Shown: positions 48,860-62,605, counted from the first letter of the stretch. The stretch: 64,000 bases of DNA from Adineta vaga (GCA_021613535.1 CP075494.1:4278001-4342000); one strand, 5' to 3'. A program made the numbers and translations. The notes: a model not told the origin generated them from the sequence alone.

Positions 48860-49630
48860 ATGTCTTCAATCGTAGACACAAGTATTTATCCTCATGCAAC
48901 TGGAGAAGCAGAAAAAACAGTTAAAGTACATTCAAATAAACATGAACTTGTCTTTTATGCTGGATGGTTTTGTCCATTTGTACAACGAACATGGTTGGTT
49001 TTAGAAGAAAAAGAACTTCAATATGAATATCGTGAAGTAAATCCATACAAAAAGGACAAAGAATTTTTGGATATTAATCCACTTGGTTTAGTTCCTGCCA
49101 TTGTGTACCACGGACAAGCATTGTACGAATCATTGATTCTTAATGAATTTCTGGAAGATGAATTTCCAGATTCTAAGTCTCTTTTGCCAAAAGATAGTTT
49201 CCAACGTGCACGATGCCGACTTTGGATTGATTATTTAACAAAAAAATTTACACCAGCATTCTATCGAACTATGCAAGCTCAAGAAGAAGATAAACAGAAA
49301 GAGGCTCTTAATGAACTTGTTGCCACTCTTAAAAACTATCTTGATCAAGTCAAAGGTCCTTGGTTTTTAGGTGAACAATTTTCATTGACAGATATTACTG
49401 TTGCTCCTTGGATCCGTCGTATGTACATTCTGGAAGAATATCGAGGATTTACAGATGACCTTGTTGGTGGACATTGGTCAGATTACAAAAAACTCATTAA
49501 TGAACGACCAAGTGTTATTAAAACATCGTCAGATTCGCAGCGTCTTATAGAAATTTATCAGCGATATTTAAAAAATGAAACACAATCTGAAGTTGGCAAA
49601 GCAATACGAGCAGGAAAATCATTACCATAG
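48860..49630 (+). CDS. Glutathione S-transferase, omega-like, intronless
   Basis: WFCPFVQR active-site Cys, EVNPYKK, INPLGLVP, LYESLIL.EFLED, GPWFLGEQFSLTDI.VAPW. Confidence 0.92.
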   Translation: MSSIVDTSIYPHATGEAEKTVKVHSNKHELVFYAGWFCPFVQRTWLVLEEKELQYEYREVNPYKKDKEFLDINPLGLVPAIVYHGQALYESLILNEFLEDEFPDSKSLLPKDSFQRARCRLWIDYLTKKFTPAFYRTMQAQEEDKQKEALNELVATLKNYLDQVKGPWFLGEQFSLTDITVAPWIRRMYILEEYRGFTDDLVGGHWSDYKKLINERPSVIKTSSDSQRLIEIYQRYLKNETQSEVGKAIRAGKSLP

Positions 49631-49876
49631 ATATTCTTTGTGATTAATCTGACTAGAATATGCTGATTCTCTAAATAAAGTTATCTTTCTCATTTTGAGG
49701 GTGATGATAAGTATATTAAATCTAATATTTCAACTTACTCCTATCCCATATTTTTCATGGATGATACTCTCTTTCATAACTAAATATTGAAAAGAATATG
49801 AATCTGATCGTCTCTTGTTTATCATTCTCATACTCTCAATAGACTTCTTTTTATTAGAATAAGCACAAAATATACA

Positions 49877-52202
49877 TTAGAGTTCAAATTTAAAGCGTTC
49901 ATGTGATTGAATTTTGATTTTTCTTTTCGGTATTTCCGATGCATCGAGTGTTTCATTAGGTAAAGGTGCTCCATTGAGTAACCATTGTCGCAATGTTTTC
50001 TTGGCATCACTATTGTGATTAAAAACGTGCTCCAATTCGCCATTCGGTTCGATTGACTTCATCAATTTACACGTATCGACACTTTCTTCGGTCACTCTTT
50101 GTCCATCCTAAACAGTTAAAAAATAACCAGCTCTTTCATTTATAACCAATGAAGTTTTGTAAAGCCATCGTATTTAGAAGAGAGTAATATTCTGATGATT
50201 TTTTTCTGCATACAGAGACATATGTTATCGAAATAAACTAACTACCTCTTTCTGTGACTCAACGTACAAACAATATGACTTACGAATGGAATGGTCCATT
50301 CACTAGCACGAAAAGCAGCAAGCAAATCAGCAGTATTCCCAATGAACAGATGTCGCAGTAACATCTGAGACTGATCTGGTAACTTGAGTACAATGTGATC
50401 TTTAATTTTCTCAGCTAATTTGCGATGTTGAAGGACAAGAGAAATCATGTCATTGATGGTCGATGGTTCCAAAGAAAGAATCCATCGTGAAACAATAACA
50501 AGTTCGTTAGCATCGAATATCTACAGTATACGATATGACTATGACTCGTTCAAAAAATTGTTTCTATTACTTGATACATTGGACCATGAAAACCAATAGA
50601 ATAATTAAGAAATTTACTAGCACCAGGATCTCCTTTGACAATTATTTCAGAATTTTCTAGTTGATTGCATATCTTTTCGACATCGCCAGAACTGAATAAA
50701 TCGTTAAGGAGATGTCCTTCGGGACCTATACGTATTGAACCATGCATTCCTTTAGCACCAGCTGATTTCTTTTTTATTAACTTGATGAATTCTTGTCGTG
50801 GTGTTAACACCTTTTGTTTGTCAAAGAATTGTCGAAGAGTGCTATCGATATTACCCGCCATTCCATACGCTACATATCTTTAAAAAAAACTCAAGTAATA
50901 TTATGAAGTATTTTATATTAAATATTATATTCCTATTGTTTTTTACTGACATACCCTGTCCAAATGCGTTTCCAATGTGCTTGAACAGCTTCCTCGCCTT
51001 GTGTCTCCATAATTTGATTGAGATACATTGTCACTGCATCTCGAGCATATCGTCCATGTCCATTAACATTATTATCAATAGTAGTATGTAAGAGGGAAAA
51101 ATTCGAACTTAAATTATATCGTTCGAGTATTTTTCGAAGACCAGCATGATGTGCAGGTGACGTAGTTTCGAGCCACTAAAATTCGTAGATTAGAGCGTTG
51201 TCAAAAAGGATCTATGTGGATCAAATTAAAGTTACTTACCAATGTGTAACCCAGAATTTCCGGTTCGTATGTTGTTGGAAACAGTGAAGTGGTCAATGGA
51301 AGTAGTGGTTTTTTAAAACTGATTTCAAAAATTGATTGTTGATCAACAAATTCACGTGAAAAAATCGATGGAACTTTGAGACCCAGACTCTCGAGTACAT
51401 TCAAATAGACATTGCAATGATTTTGTGATATATCACCGTTGCCCATCTCATCGATATAGATAGCAAACAGTTTACCTGAAGTTTCTGACATGGGTCCTTG
51501 TGGTACACCACGCAACCAAGCACCATCTGTGAGATGATAAGGTGCATGTTGGATCAAATAAGTCGTTAAATGTAGTTTTGTTTGAGCCCACCAGAAAATA
51601 GAATCACTAGATACAGGCTGGCCAGCTTCGCACCCTTTCAATAGAAAACCGAATTAGAATTGCATTCATATTTATATCTAATTACTAACAATCAAGATAG
51701 TTTTTCTTGAAAAGTCGTTCAAAAATATAATTCAATTTTTCGTTGACTTTTTTCTTGTCGTATGGAATATAAGTAAAATGATCGGGGAAGTCATGATTAT
51801 CGGCATGATCTTCCATCATATACTTCGCAGCTGCAGTGTGCATTCGTTCACTAAATTCTAAATATGGAAGTTAATTCAGATTTGACCGATCATTTTCAGT
51901 GTAAACTAACCTTTGGCAATATCCATTTTGTCCCAATGGTTTTCGGGATTGATAAAGAAATGAAAGAGATCACGATATGAGTAATCATCCAATGTTTTCT
52001 TCTCCTTCTTCAACGCTTCTTTATTCATCTTCATTTGTTTGCTTTTGAATAATCCATACATACTTGTGATAGTAGCACCCATCAAACATACAACGACTAC
52101 CATTTCAATACTCGCCATTGGACATAGTAACCAGCTCGACACATTATCCATCAAGGATGATGTTTCGTTTGCAAATGCTGGTATGATATTTAAAAATTGC
52201 AT
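49877..52202 (-). CDS. Heme-oxygenase-like diiron oxidase (iron-containing redox enzyme family) with N-terminal TM and duplicated C-terminal domain, 7 exons
   Basis: Spliced translation gives APYHLTDGAWL, IYIDEMGNGDISQNH, PEILGYTLWLE, LHTTIDNNVNGH, WKRIWTGY, then two repeats of the type IV.GDP..SK.L....F.GPM..IF....L....W. Confidence 0.85.
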
Positions 52203-54056
52203 TATTCGCTTTTGAATACACTGAATCTACAATTATATTGTAAAATCAATAGTATAACTAATTTGTATGCTGAAATAGTTTCAAAATACTAATCACTATC
52301 ATGGATAATTTTGTATAAATGACTATAGAAGTATGTATAAATAAAACGAAGGGATCTTACTTAATGAACGCACTTATAATAAAATAACGACCTTTGAAAT
52401 GATTTCTATTTTGATTTTTATCTGCATGTACAAGAAGCGGTATATATTCTGTTATATTTCCTTCATGTGGGTGATGTCTCAAAAAAGTCGTCTACACTTT
52501 TCATTAAACATAAAATATACAGAATGAAATGACATACTTAGCTTTTTAGAAATTGACTTCAATTCAATAAAAATAGCAAGCTTTTTATACGAAACTTTTT
52601 CCTTACATAATTTTATGTTTTAGCATAATCGGTGACCTTTGTACTGCATGCTTTTTTAATCTTTTCCATTAAGATGTTCTTCCTCTATCATAAATCTTGC
52701 ATCCTTATCTAAAAAACTTTTATAATTTTTTCCCGTATGAGTCAACGGTAAGAGAATCTATTCTCCCATGTAAATATGTGATAACAGCAAGCTTAGTACA
52801 AAAAATTTTTCAATCTCTTTTACCAAGGACAAAAAAATTGAATACTTTGTATTGAATCACATGAGTACTGGTTAATCATTTTGTTATGTAATCATAATGT
52901 TTTTTTAGCAAATTGAAGGAGAAAAACAACACTCATCTACTGTTATCTTCGTTAAAGCTGAAAAGGTGCTGCTGCAAAACTGTGATAAAGTCCAGTATCA
53001 AATCACGATCAAAAACAACATTAAAACTTCAACCTTGCAATATAAGAGTGTTTAATAATAAAATTTTTTGTTTTAGAGAATCTGAAAATTTTTCAAAGTA
53101 CATAGACTTTCTCCAATTTTCCTTTCTCCGGTATATTCATAATCGCTGTATCGAAACAGAATATCAATTTCAACGAATTCGAAAAGAACAATACAACACT
53201 CTAACTGATTTTAATCCACTTTCTCATTTTACTCGATGGAATATTTGATCCTTTCTTAACTGACTATTGAAACGTAGTTTTAATTTAAAATTACAAATTA
53301 TCTTTACTGTTTTTAAAAATACATTTATATTTCATAAAAATTGCAATCATTAAATTGATTAATAAAACAAAAGTGAAGGTAAAAAGTCTTCGAATTATTT
53401 CTAAATACTATTTACTCGAACTATATATAGTTACGTATAGTACATACACTTATATTGATTGCCATTAAATTAATCAATTTGTCCGTCAATCATATATATA
53501 GAATCCAGTTAGTAATCAATCATTTAATAAAGTATTGTCATATGTACTCAAGTGAATTGAAGACAGATATAATAGAATAATATATCCTTAAATATATATT
53601 GAATTCGATCAAGAAAAACCTCATCATCAATGTCGAAGTATGTGCACCTACTAGTATCTATTAATAGTAAATGACCTGTGATTAGAAACCATGTAGTAAG
53701 ATGACAAAAATCGCTCTATACGCTGAATCAATAAAAATAAGTACAAAGATAACGGATTTTCATACTCATATGCACGTATGCATTTTTGAAGAAACTTACT
53801 TCATCATAGTTACCTATCTGTTTTCACTCACTATTTATAAACGAAAACATATAAAAAAGGACTGATCAAGTCATGATCATTTGTACTTAAACTATGTGTT
53901 GTTACTGTGGAAAAAATAAGAAATAGTGATTAGTTTTTCTTTTTTTTTATTATTCGAAATAACTTGATGATGAGGTTAATGCAGTTTTTTTTCCAAGAAT
54001 TACAACGACAATAAAATAAATCAATTCTCGCATGGAAAAAGTCTATTTGCCAAGGG

Positions 54057-57000
54057 TTAATAGGAACCTTTTGGTTGAAATGTTTCATGTTCAGCACCAC
54101 AAGCTCGACGAGTGAATTCATCCGTACAAACCATTCGAAGTCGTTCAACAGTAGCAGGTGAATGAAGTGTAAAATAATCATGTAAACCTTGTTGTTTTCG
54201 ATAAGCGATACAGGCTTGTTTAAGAGCAAAGAAAACTGAAGTACCTAATACCAGTGGTGGTTCACCAATACCTTTTGATGAATAAACAGCACGTGGATTT
54301 AATGAATCTGATAATAATGAAACACGAAAATCAATGGGAACGTCACTAAATGATGGAATTTTATAAGTATCTGGTCCCCGAGTATATAATTCTCCTGGTG
54401 GAATCCATTGATGTTGTTTCTCATCACCCCATTGAAGTTCTTCCATTGTATATAAGCCAACTCCTTGCATAAAACCGCCTTCGATTTGTCCAATATCAAT
54501 TTGAGGATTTAATGATACACCAACATCCTATAAAGTAAAAGAAATTTCTCTCTTTCTTTTATGTATCATAAGAAATGAACATACCATAAGAATATCAACA
54601 CGTAAAATATGCCAATCACCAGTTAAAACATCTAATTCAACTTCTGTTACTGCTGCACCTTGAGTAAAATAATTATAAGTTGCTTTATTTTTTGTAAAAT
54701 CCATATCAAACATCTTTGGCATCACATAAAATCCTCGTGCACATAAATCAACTCGAGCATAATATGCTTGACTTACAAGAGCTTCCCACGAAATATCTCT
54801 ATTTTCATCAGTAATCAATGTATCTAATCGTTGACGTAGTTGTTCGCATGCATCTTTCACAGCCATTCCATTTATATCCGATGAAACAGATCCACCTGTT
54901 GGACTTGTATTATGAATAAGATCCGTTGATGTTTCACTTATTCTTATGCGATGAATTTCACAACGTAAGACTTCAGCAGCAATTGCAATCATCTTCGTAT
55001 GTATTGATTGTCCCAACTCAGTGCCTCCGTGATGAACAACAACTGAACCATCTTTATAAACATGAACAAGAGCACCAGCTTGATTGAGAAATGCAACAAC
55101 AAAACCAATACCAAATTTTACTGGAATTAAACTAATGCCCCGCTTTCGATAGATACTTTCACGATTGAATTGTTCAACATTCACTTGTCGCTGAATAAAA
55201 TCACTGGATTGAAGTAATTCATCGAGAATACGTGGAACATTCCATTGTTCTAAAACTTGTCCATAAGGCGTTTTATCACCTTCACGAAATAGATTTCGAC
55301 GGCGAATAGTTAATGCATCACATTGAAGATAAGTGGCCATATGTTCAATAATCGTTTCACATGCTAAAATTGCTTGTGGACCACCAAAACCACGAAAAGC
55401 TTAAATAAAAATATAGGTTTTAGATTCTATTTATAAAGATATTGTTTTTTTCGAAATAAACCTGTATTAGATGGTAAATGTGTTTTACAAACACGACCAC
55501 GAATTCGAATATTTGGAAATTGATATGTATTACTCATATGAAGCATTGCTAATTCCATAACAGCTTTTGAAGCATCTAACGTACAACCTCCATCGTTCCA
55601 CATTTGAATATCTAAACCTTGTAATTGTCCTTCACGATCAAATCCTACTTTATATTTAATTTTAAATGGATGTCGATGACCAGTTATTGATATGTCGGTA
55701 TGACGTTCAAGTTGAAGAAAAACGGGACGACCGACTTTGACAGCTGCAACTGCAGCTGCTAAACAGATTGGCAAACTAGAATTCAGATGAAAGTTTTTTT
55801 TGTAAAAAAAAATAGATTTAAAGCATATGATCTGGATTCTTTTCCACCAAACGCACCACCTATTCGTTTGGTATGACATCTTATACGACTTGTGTCTCGA
55901 CCAAGAACTAATGCAGTTAATTCTTGAGCAGCTGTTGGACTTTGTGTTGCTAAATGTAATGTAATTTCTTGATCATCTTTTGATGGTATGACCATACAAA
56001 CGTTTGTTTCCATATAAAAATGTTCTTGTCCACCAATAACTAATTCACCTTCTAACTGATGTTCACATTCCATCAAACTCTTTTCAATATCACCTTGTTG
56101 AAGACAAATTTCATTATCGAAATATGATTCATATTCAATCGCATCTTCAATTGAAAGAATCAATGGTGTCGATAACGATTCATAATCAATTTGAATTAAC
56201 TTTGAAGCTATTTCAGCTGATTGTTCTGTTTCACATACAACAACACCAATAATTGCACCAATACAAAGTGCAATAGATGATACGAATACTTCTTCATCGG
56301 GTAAAGAACCATTTGGTTTATTCAAACCAGGTACATCGACATGACTGACAAATGAAACAAATCCAGGAACTTTCGATGCTTGTTCAATATCTACATGAAA
56401 CAAACAATAATGATATTTTGTTGACGAAGATTCCGCACTCTTACCGATATGTTTTATTCGAACATTAGCTTTTGTACTAAGAACAAGTGCAGCATGAAGT
56501 ATATCCATAGGAAATGACATATCACCGATATATATTGCTTCACCAGTTGTATGTAGATAGGCGGATCGATGTGGAATAGAACTACCGATAATTTTTTGTG
56601 ATGAAGGTCGTTCAGGAATGGTTTGTTGACCATGAGATGTAGCTCGATGATAAGAAAATTCATTTAGATCGGCGTTGAATTGTTTTAATTGATGACAAAC
56701 ATAAGAATAGAATTTAAATAGAAACGATTGAATTAATGTACGTCTAAAGTCAAAATTAAAGTGAGCTTTTATTGATTGTAAAATCGCAAATTACTTATAT
56801 TCAATTCGGCCACCTGGACTTGTTTCATTCAAGATAATTTCTTTTAAAAGTAATTCGTTCGTCTGATTGATCGTTTCTTTTGTCCACAATGATCCAATTA
56901 ATGCTTGTTGTGTATGTTTTGCTTCGATTGTTTTCGACGCTACACCACCGAATGCAAAACATATTTTTATAATTTTCCATTGATTCTTCTCGCTCTCAAG

Positions 57001-58472
57001 TTCAACTTGAAATCCAGCACTAACAATGCCTTTGGAATCATCACGACGACAAGCTTGTTTATATGATTGAATGAAATATTGATTTGAAGAATTTAAAAGT
57101 GGAATGCGAATAGCAACAAGAACTTCATTATCTGCTATTGCTACTCGATATTCACCAAGAAAGAATTCAGACAAAGAAATGATTCGAACTTCAGTACTAT
57201 CAGAACGATGCAATTCTAATAATGCACCAGCTGCTTGTAATATTGGATTGATATCCGAACTAAAGAGTGTGTAAGATTGAGAGTATAAAATTTATTTTGA
57301 TATAGAGTGATTTACTTCGGTAATGCAGCAATAATATGTCCACCAAGTGAAGCGACATTTCGTATTTGTGTTGATGCGAAATGTTTCAATTGATCTAATA
57401 AAGCTTGACAAATAGAATTATCTTTCCATTCCATCAATTTATTCTTAAATCGTGTGAATGTCACACCTGCGCCAAAATAGATTGCATCATTCGTTTGTTT
57501 GATTTCTTGCAATTGTTTTATATGTGTTACGGTAATTAGACGTGGATAGATACGCTGTTCAAATTTTCTTTCCAATTGAACACGTGTATTTCCAAAGATG
57601 AGTTTGGATTGATCACCTGGATATGTATGACGAAGATAAAGTAATTCAGCTAATGTAATTGGACGATACCAATCCATTGAAGAACCTATTTATCGAAGTT
57701 CTTGTATAAGTATCAAAATCAAAATGATACTACCTTTGATATGAATAGATTGAGGAAGATAATCACGAAGTTGTTCAGGAAATTGAACTTGATCAATAGA
57801 TTGTTGAGTAAAAATAGAACATTTATCGAATGTTGTTGATGTATTTGTTGAAGAAGGTTTTTCTTTAGAAAACTTTTCAATATCACATGCAAATGATTTT
57901 GCAGCATCAAGTATTGGACGGTATCCTGTACATCGACAAAGATTTCCATCCAACGATTCTTCAATATCAGCCATGGTTAATGTTGATGCATCTTTTGATG
58001 TTACAGTTCCATACAATGACATAACCATACCAGGTGTACAAAAACCACATTGTGAAGCATAAAATTCTGCTAGACGAGTTTGTGTTGGATGAAGATTTGA
58101 TTTATTTGTTGAGCCTAATCCTTCCACCGTAATAACATGACATCCATCAATTGAACATAATGGTGCTAAACAACCATTGATTGTTCGATGTTCAATTTCA
58201 CCAGATTCTTTATCAATACATTGTGAAATTAAAACCGTACATGCTCCACAACCACCTTCACCACAGCCCAGTTTTGATCCAGTTAATCTTAATTCTACAT
58301 TTAGATGAAAAAAAGAAACAGCGAAGAAACTATGAATTAAGTATATATGATATTTACTATTTCTTAAATACCAAAGAAGTGTCCATTCAGGGTCAGCATG
58401 CCGTTCGATAACTTCTTTTCCATTAACATAAAACAACAAGTAGTCCGTTGTTGATGCGTGTTTCTCTTTCAT
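54057..58472 (-). CDS. XDH: Xanthine dehydrogenase / aldehyde oxidase family molybdo-flavoenzyme, multi-exon
   Basis: GCGEGGCGAC and QCGFCTPG 2Fe-2S motifs, GNLCRCTGYRPI, FAD domain (GNT, FASTQIRNVA), GGQEHFYME, GGAFGGKE, AFRGFGGPQ, GQIEGGFMQG, SSKGIGEPP. Confidence 0.93.
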
Positions 58473-58720
58473 ACTATCTATAACATGTGAATATATTCGA
58501 ATATGCTTTCATTTCAATTTTTCGCTCCTGTTATATATAGATAAGAAAGATGAAAAGTTGAGAACATTAAAAATTTGCATTTTATCATTCAAGATAATTA
58601 TGACAATGCAAATATGTGAGAAAAATATTTATCTTGACTTGCATAGATATTCTTTATTATATTATAAAAGAAAATGTGATAATCTACGTTTTATGTTTTA
58701 AAATATAAAATACAAAAAAT

Positions 58721-59548
58721 TTAAGTTGACTGTTTAGTGGACGCGTCATCTTGTTCTGCGAGATGTACGATGGCAAAAGTATTCTTGAAAAAGAACGGAT
58801 CACCAACGAAAGTAAGTCGAGTACCAGGAACCAGAACAACTTCTTCTTCATCTGGAAATGCTGAAAATTTAGAAATATCTCGAGCATTCAAAGCATCAAT
58901 TGCAAATACAGTTCCAATATCTTGTATTAAACAATGTTGTGCCATCTTAACATTAACTGAACATGAAGTAATATTCCACCAAGTACATGTCGTACCACAA
59001 GGATAATCTAAAACATCATCACTGGAAAGACCTCGCCAAATCGTTTTCTTCATTGAAGGTAATTTCTCAACGGCAGTTACAAAAAGTTTTAAATAGGAAT
59101 ACCATGGTTCTAATGTTGCACGTGTTGCAATTTGAAAAGCTTCATTGATAAAATAAATGAAAGGTGATGCCATTGTATAAAGATATATAGCAGCAGATTC
59201 ATCGACAGTTAATCCATTCAAATCTTTCTTACACTCTCTTTTAGCCTTCGCAACATATTCTTTCAGATTAGAAAATAATGGAATAAGTTTTTCAGTTGCT
59301 TCTTCCAAGGAAACAACAGGCAGATCTTGATAACCATCAATAGGAGATCGTTTTCGTTTTTCTTCTTTTGGAACAACACTATTATTCGTCGTTGGAAAAT
59401 TTTCCGTTGTTGCAGAATTTTCTGTAGCTGCGGTAGCTTCGGAGGTTTTCGTAGCTTCCGATATTGCAGAATCTGCAGTCATCCCAGAAATTGCAGATGT
59501 TGCCATTGAAGCATTAGTCGGAGATGTTTCTAAAGGTTGTATATCCAT
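58721..59548 (-). CDS. Stand-alone NAD:arginine ADP-ribosyltransferase (ART) domain protein with Ser/Thr/Ala-rich N-terminus
   Basis: ESAAIYLYT, YLKLF, IWRG, WWNITSCS, GTVFAI, DEEEVVLVPG (R-S-E triad); start at MDIQP is uncertain. Confidence 0.85.
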   Translation of the reverse strand: MDIQPLETSPTNASMATSAISGMTADSAISEATKTSEATAATENSATTENFPTTNNSVVPKEEKRKRSPIDGYQDLPVVSLEEATEKLIPLFSNLKEYVAKAKRECKKDLNGLTVDESAAIYLYTMASPFIYFINEAFQIATRATLEPWYSYLKLFVTAVEKLPSMKKTIWRGLSSDDVLDYPCGTTCTWWNITSCSVNVKMAQHCLIQDIGTVFAIDALNARDISKFSAFPDEEEVVLVPGTRLTFVGDPFFFKNTFAIVHLAEQDDASTKQST

Positions 59549-60726
59549 TGAAGACGTGTCACTAGAGAATGGAAATGAAAATAAATGCACATCAAATGAG
59601 GTTTTTCTTTCTATTATATAACATTCCAATGCGAGAAAGAGGAAGGAAAGAAAACTACGTAAATGAAAAAAAAACAAACAAACATGAATATCATTTAGTC
59701 GCGTATGTCATGTTGCGCATTCTCTATCGCTTCATTATGGAGCAAAACAAACGAACAATTTAGAAAAAGAATATCAGGTGCATTTTTTTCAATTTAATTT
59801 AGAATTTTCATTGAGATACGCTTATTCAAAAAATATCATCAATGAAATTTTCCACGTCACTTAAAATAAATTGAAAAAAAAAATAACATCGATGTTTTCA
59901 TTGAATAATTTTCTATAAAAAATATATTACAAAAAAAACCTGGAGTGCAACCAGATTCTTTAAATTAACTTGCTAAAACAACCTCGAAGACTCGTCTTCT
60001 AAGGATTATTTTTCCTACCTTTCGCTGTTTATGAACACATAACTGATGAATTACTATATTTTTTTATCGTATATTACATTGTTTCTCTATTTGTACATCT
60101 CAATACATTACTACAAGTTCATCTTCGAATGAAAACCATGTTTCAATGTTTTCTCTAGCAAAAATCTTCAAAACTTCCAAGAATCAAAGAAATTGATACT
60201 GATTTTTTAAACAGATGAACAATCATGAAACCAATGATAAAAATGAATTAGATATTTTAGAAATGGCATAAGTTTTATACACATAAACATGACAATAAAT
60301 GTATAAAAAGGAACTGTGCTTTAATTCAAGTCCGATTAGGTTCAAAGAAAATAGAAAATCGAATAATCAAATGATCAAAATATGTGAGACGAGAGATATT
60401 TGTATCTCATATTATCATCATAATTCAGGTCTTTTCTATCATATTTTTCCGTCTTAGTTTTATCAGGCATTACTTTATATCACAACGTGATGCGCATTGT
60501 ACATGTTTTTCTTCTTTTCTCATTGTAAAACTATACTAAACGCGTAGTTTCTTTCGAATATATGTGCAGTCTTTGATCATGCAAGGTAAATCATGATCGT
60601 TCTTTGCGAATGTAATTATAACTCGGAACTTGCTGTCAAATCATTGACGCATCATATTGTTAAGAGAAATATATAAACATATGATTGCATAAATACAAAG
60701 TCATTTCGGCAAAAGAAACAAATCCG

Positions 60727-61531
60727 ATGGGTGCGTCAGCTAAAGAGTTTGAATCTGATGAAACGTTAATAATTGACAAAAACGAGTTCCATTTTCCATG
60801 GCTTCTAGTCAATACAATAAAAAAGCCGAAGGAGTTGTTTGGATCAAATTGTGATCTTTTCAAGAAGAAATATATGGCTGATCATCTACTATTACTGATT
60901 GCATTCGTTACTTTCATGTTCAGTTTTATATCTGGTATAGTGTTCAATGACAATTGTTATTGTGGAAAGACACAATGTCCTATGATGATTGTACAAGGTT
61001 CATGTGGTCTTGTCATCTCTTTAATTCATTTGTTGGCTATTATCTTCAGGTAATGTCATCTATTTTATTATTTATATTTTTGTTAAACGTGTCTTTTATG
61101 CGTGAAAAACTATCTGATTAAGAAAACAGTTCGTGTTTTTCTTTAGTTGGAAACCAGAAAACATGGTCGACTACTCAAAAAATCAACGCTTAGCTGTCAA
61201 ACTGATCTTATTGTGTTCGCAGATACTCGTTGTATTTTGCATTATTTTATTTTTCGTTGCTCATCTTTACGTAATTACTGATGCTACTTGGGAATTTATT
61301 TCTCGTGGTTATAGTTGTAGCGACTATTATGTCAACACAGATCGTTCTAAAATTTTTGGTTATGTTGCTATACTATTGCATTATATTATGGGCATCTGTT
61401 ATGTATGCCATCGCTTATGGAACAATGCATCATTCTTACGTTTTCTCAATAAGATTATTCAAGCACGTTTAAAAAACTATCAAGAAGATGAAAGAATACT
61501 CGATATAGAAAAATCGGACGAAACTATTTGA
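60727..61531 (+). CDS. Uncharacterised four-TM membrane protein, 2 exons
   Basis: Exons about 60727-61049 and 61147-61531; four hydrophobic segments with Cys-containing loops. Confidence 0.7.
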
Positions 61532-61871
61532 ATTTATTAATCAATTCAACCACTTTTATTAACAAACACCATTCTTTCTTTTTTCGTGAGAGTGTTGACA
61601 GAAATGTTGATGAGAGACTCCCATCTATGTCCTTTTTATGATATTTTCTCTCTCTAATATTATAGTACATTCATTCTATCACAATGTTTTGCGTAGGTAA
61701 CGTCTTTCGAATAAGCACGCAGACTTTGATCATTCAAGGTAAACCATAATCATTCTTTGTGAATGTAATTGTAACTCGGAACTTGCTGTCAAATCATTGA
61801 CGCATCGTATCGTTGAGAGAAACATCAATGATTGCATGAAAAAAACAAAGTTATTTTGTTAAAAAGAATCG

Positions 61872-62605
61872 ATGAGTGTCTCACCTGAAAAGTTGAAATC
61901 CAGCGAACAGTCAAAAAGTGATAAAAATGAGTTCCATTTTCCATGGCTTCTAGTCAATATGATACAAAAACCGAGGCAGTTGTTTGGACCAAATTGTGAT
62001 ATTTTCAAGAAGGAATATATGGCTGATCATCTGCTGTTATTGATCTTATTCACTATTTTTATATTTACTTTTATACATGGAATAAGATTGATGAATACTT
62101 GCATTTATAGATAATTAATAGGTTCTACTATGACTAAACAAGGTTCTACTGGTCTTACCATCACTCTAATTCAATTTATGGCAATTATCTTTAAGTAAAA
62201 TCATCTTATGAATTATCTTTTCGGAGTCATCTCTTTCTTTCGATAATTTTTGTAAGTAGAAACCAACAAATATGATACATTATTCGAACAATCAGCGTTT
62301 GATTATTAAACTAATAATTTTGCGTTGTTTGGCTTTTCATTGTTCATATTTACATGTTTACGAAAAATTCTTGGCGATTCCGTTCTACTCACTCATGTAG
62401 AGATTCATCTATGATTACGAAATTTGTTAAAGCACATGGTTCTGGTTTTATAGTGCTGCACTATGTTACGGTTATTAATTTGAACTATGTTTTTTACGAT
62501 GTCTCAACAAAATTATTCAAGCACGTTTCAAAAACTATCAAGAAGATGAAGAAATGTTTGATATAAAAAATGTAGTAGATACGGAAAAATCCACTAATAA
62601 CTGTT
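61872..62605 (+). pseudogene. Degenerate tandem paralog of 60727-61531
   Basis: DKNEFHFPWLLVN and MADHLLL shared; stop at 62112-62114, deletions and frameshifts; the upstream region 61690-61860 duplicates 60540-60720. Confidence 0.8.

Noticed and set aside
50108-50283. Extra exon inside the HDO gene at about 50150-50205
   Set aside because: Including it leads to stops; direct splicing IPF/DGQ preserves the frame and the repeat alignment
52300-53900. Short ORFs in intergenic DNA (also 15480-16023, 19854-20036, 46063-46305)
   Set aside because: Low-complexity AT-rich translations with no motifs or splice support
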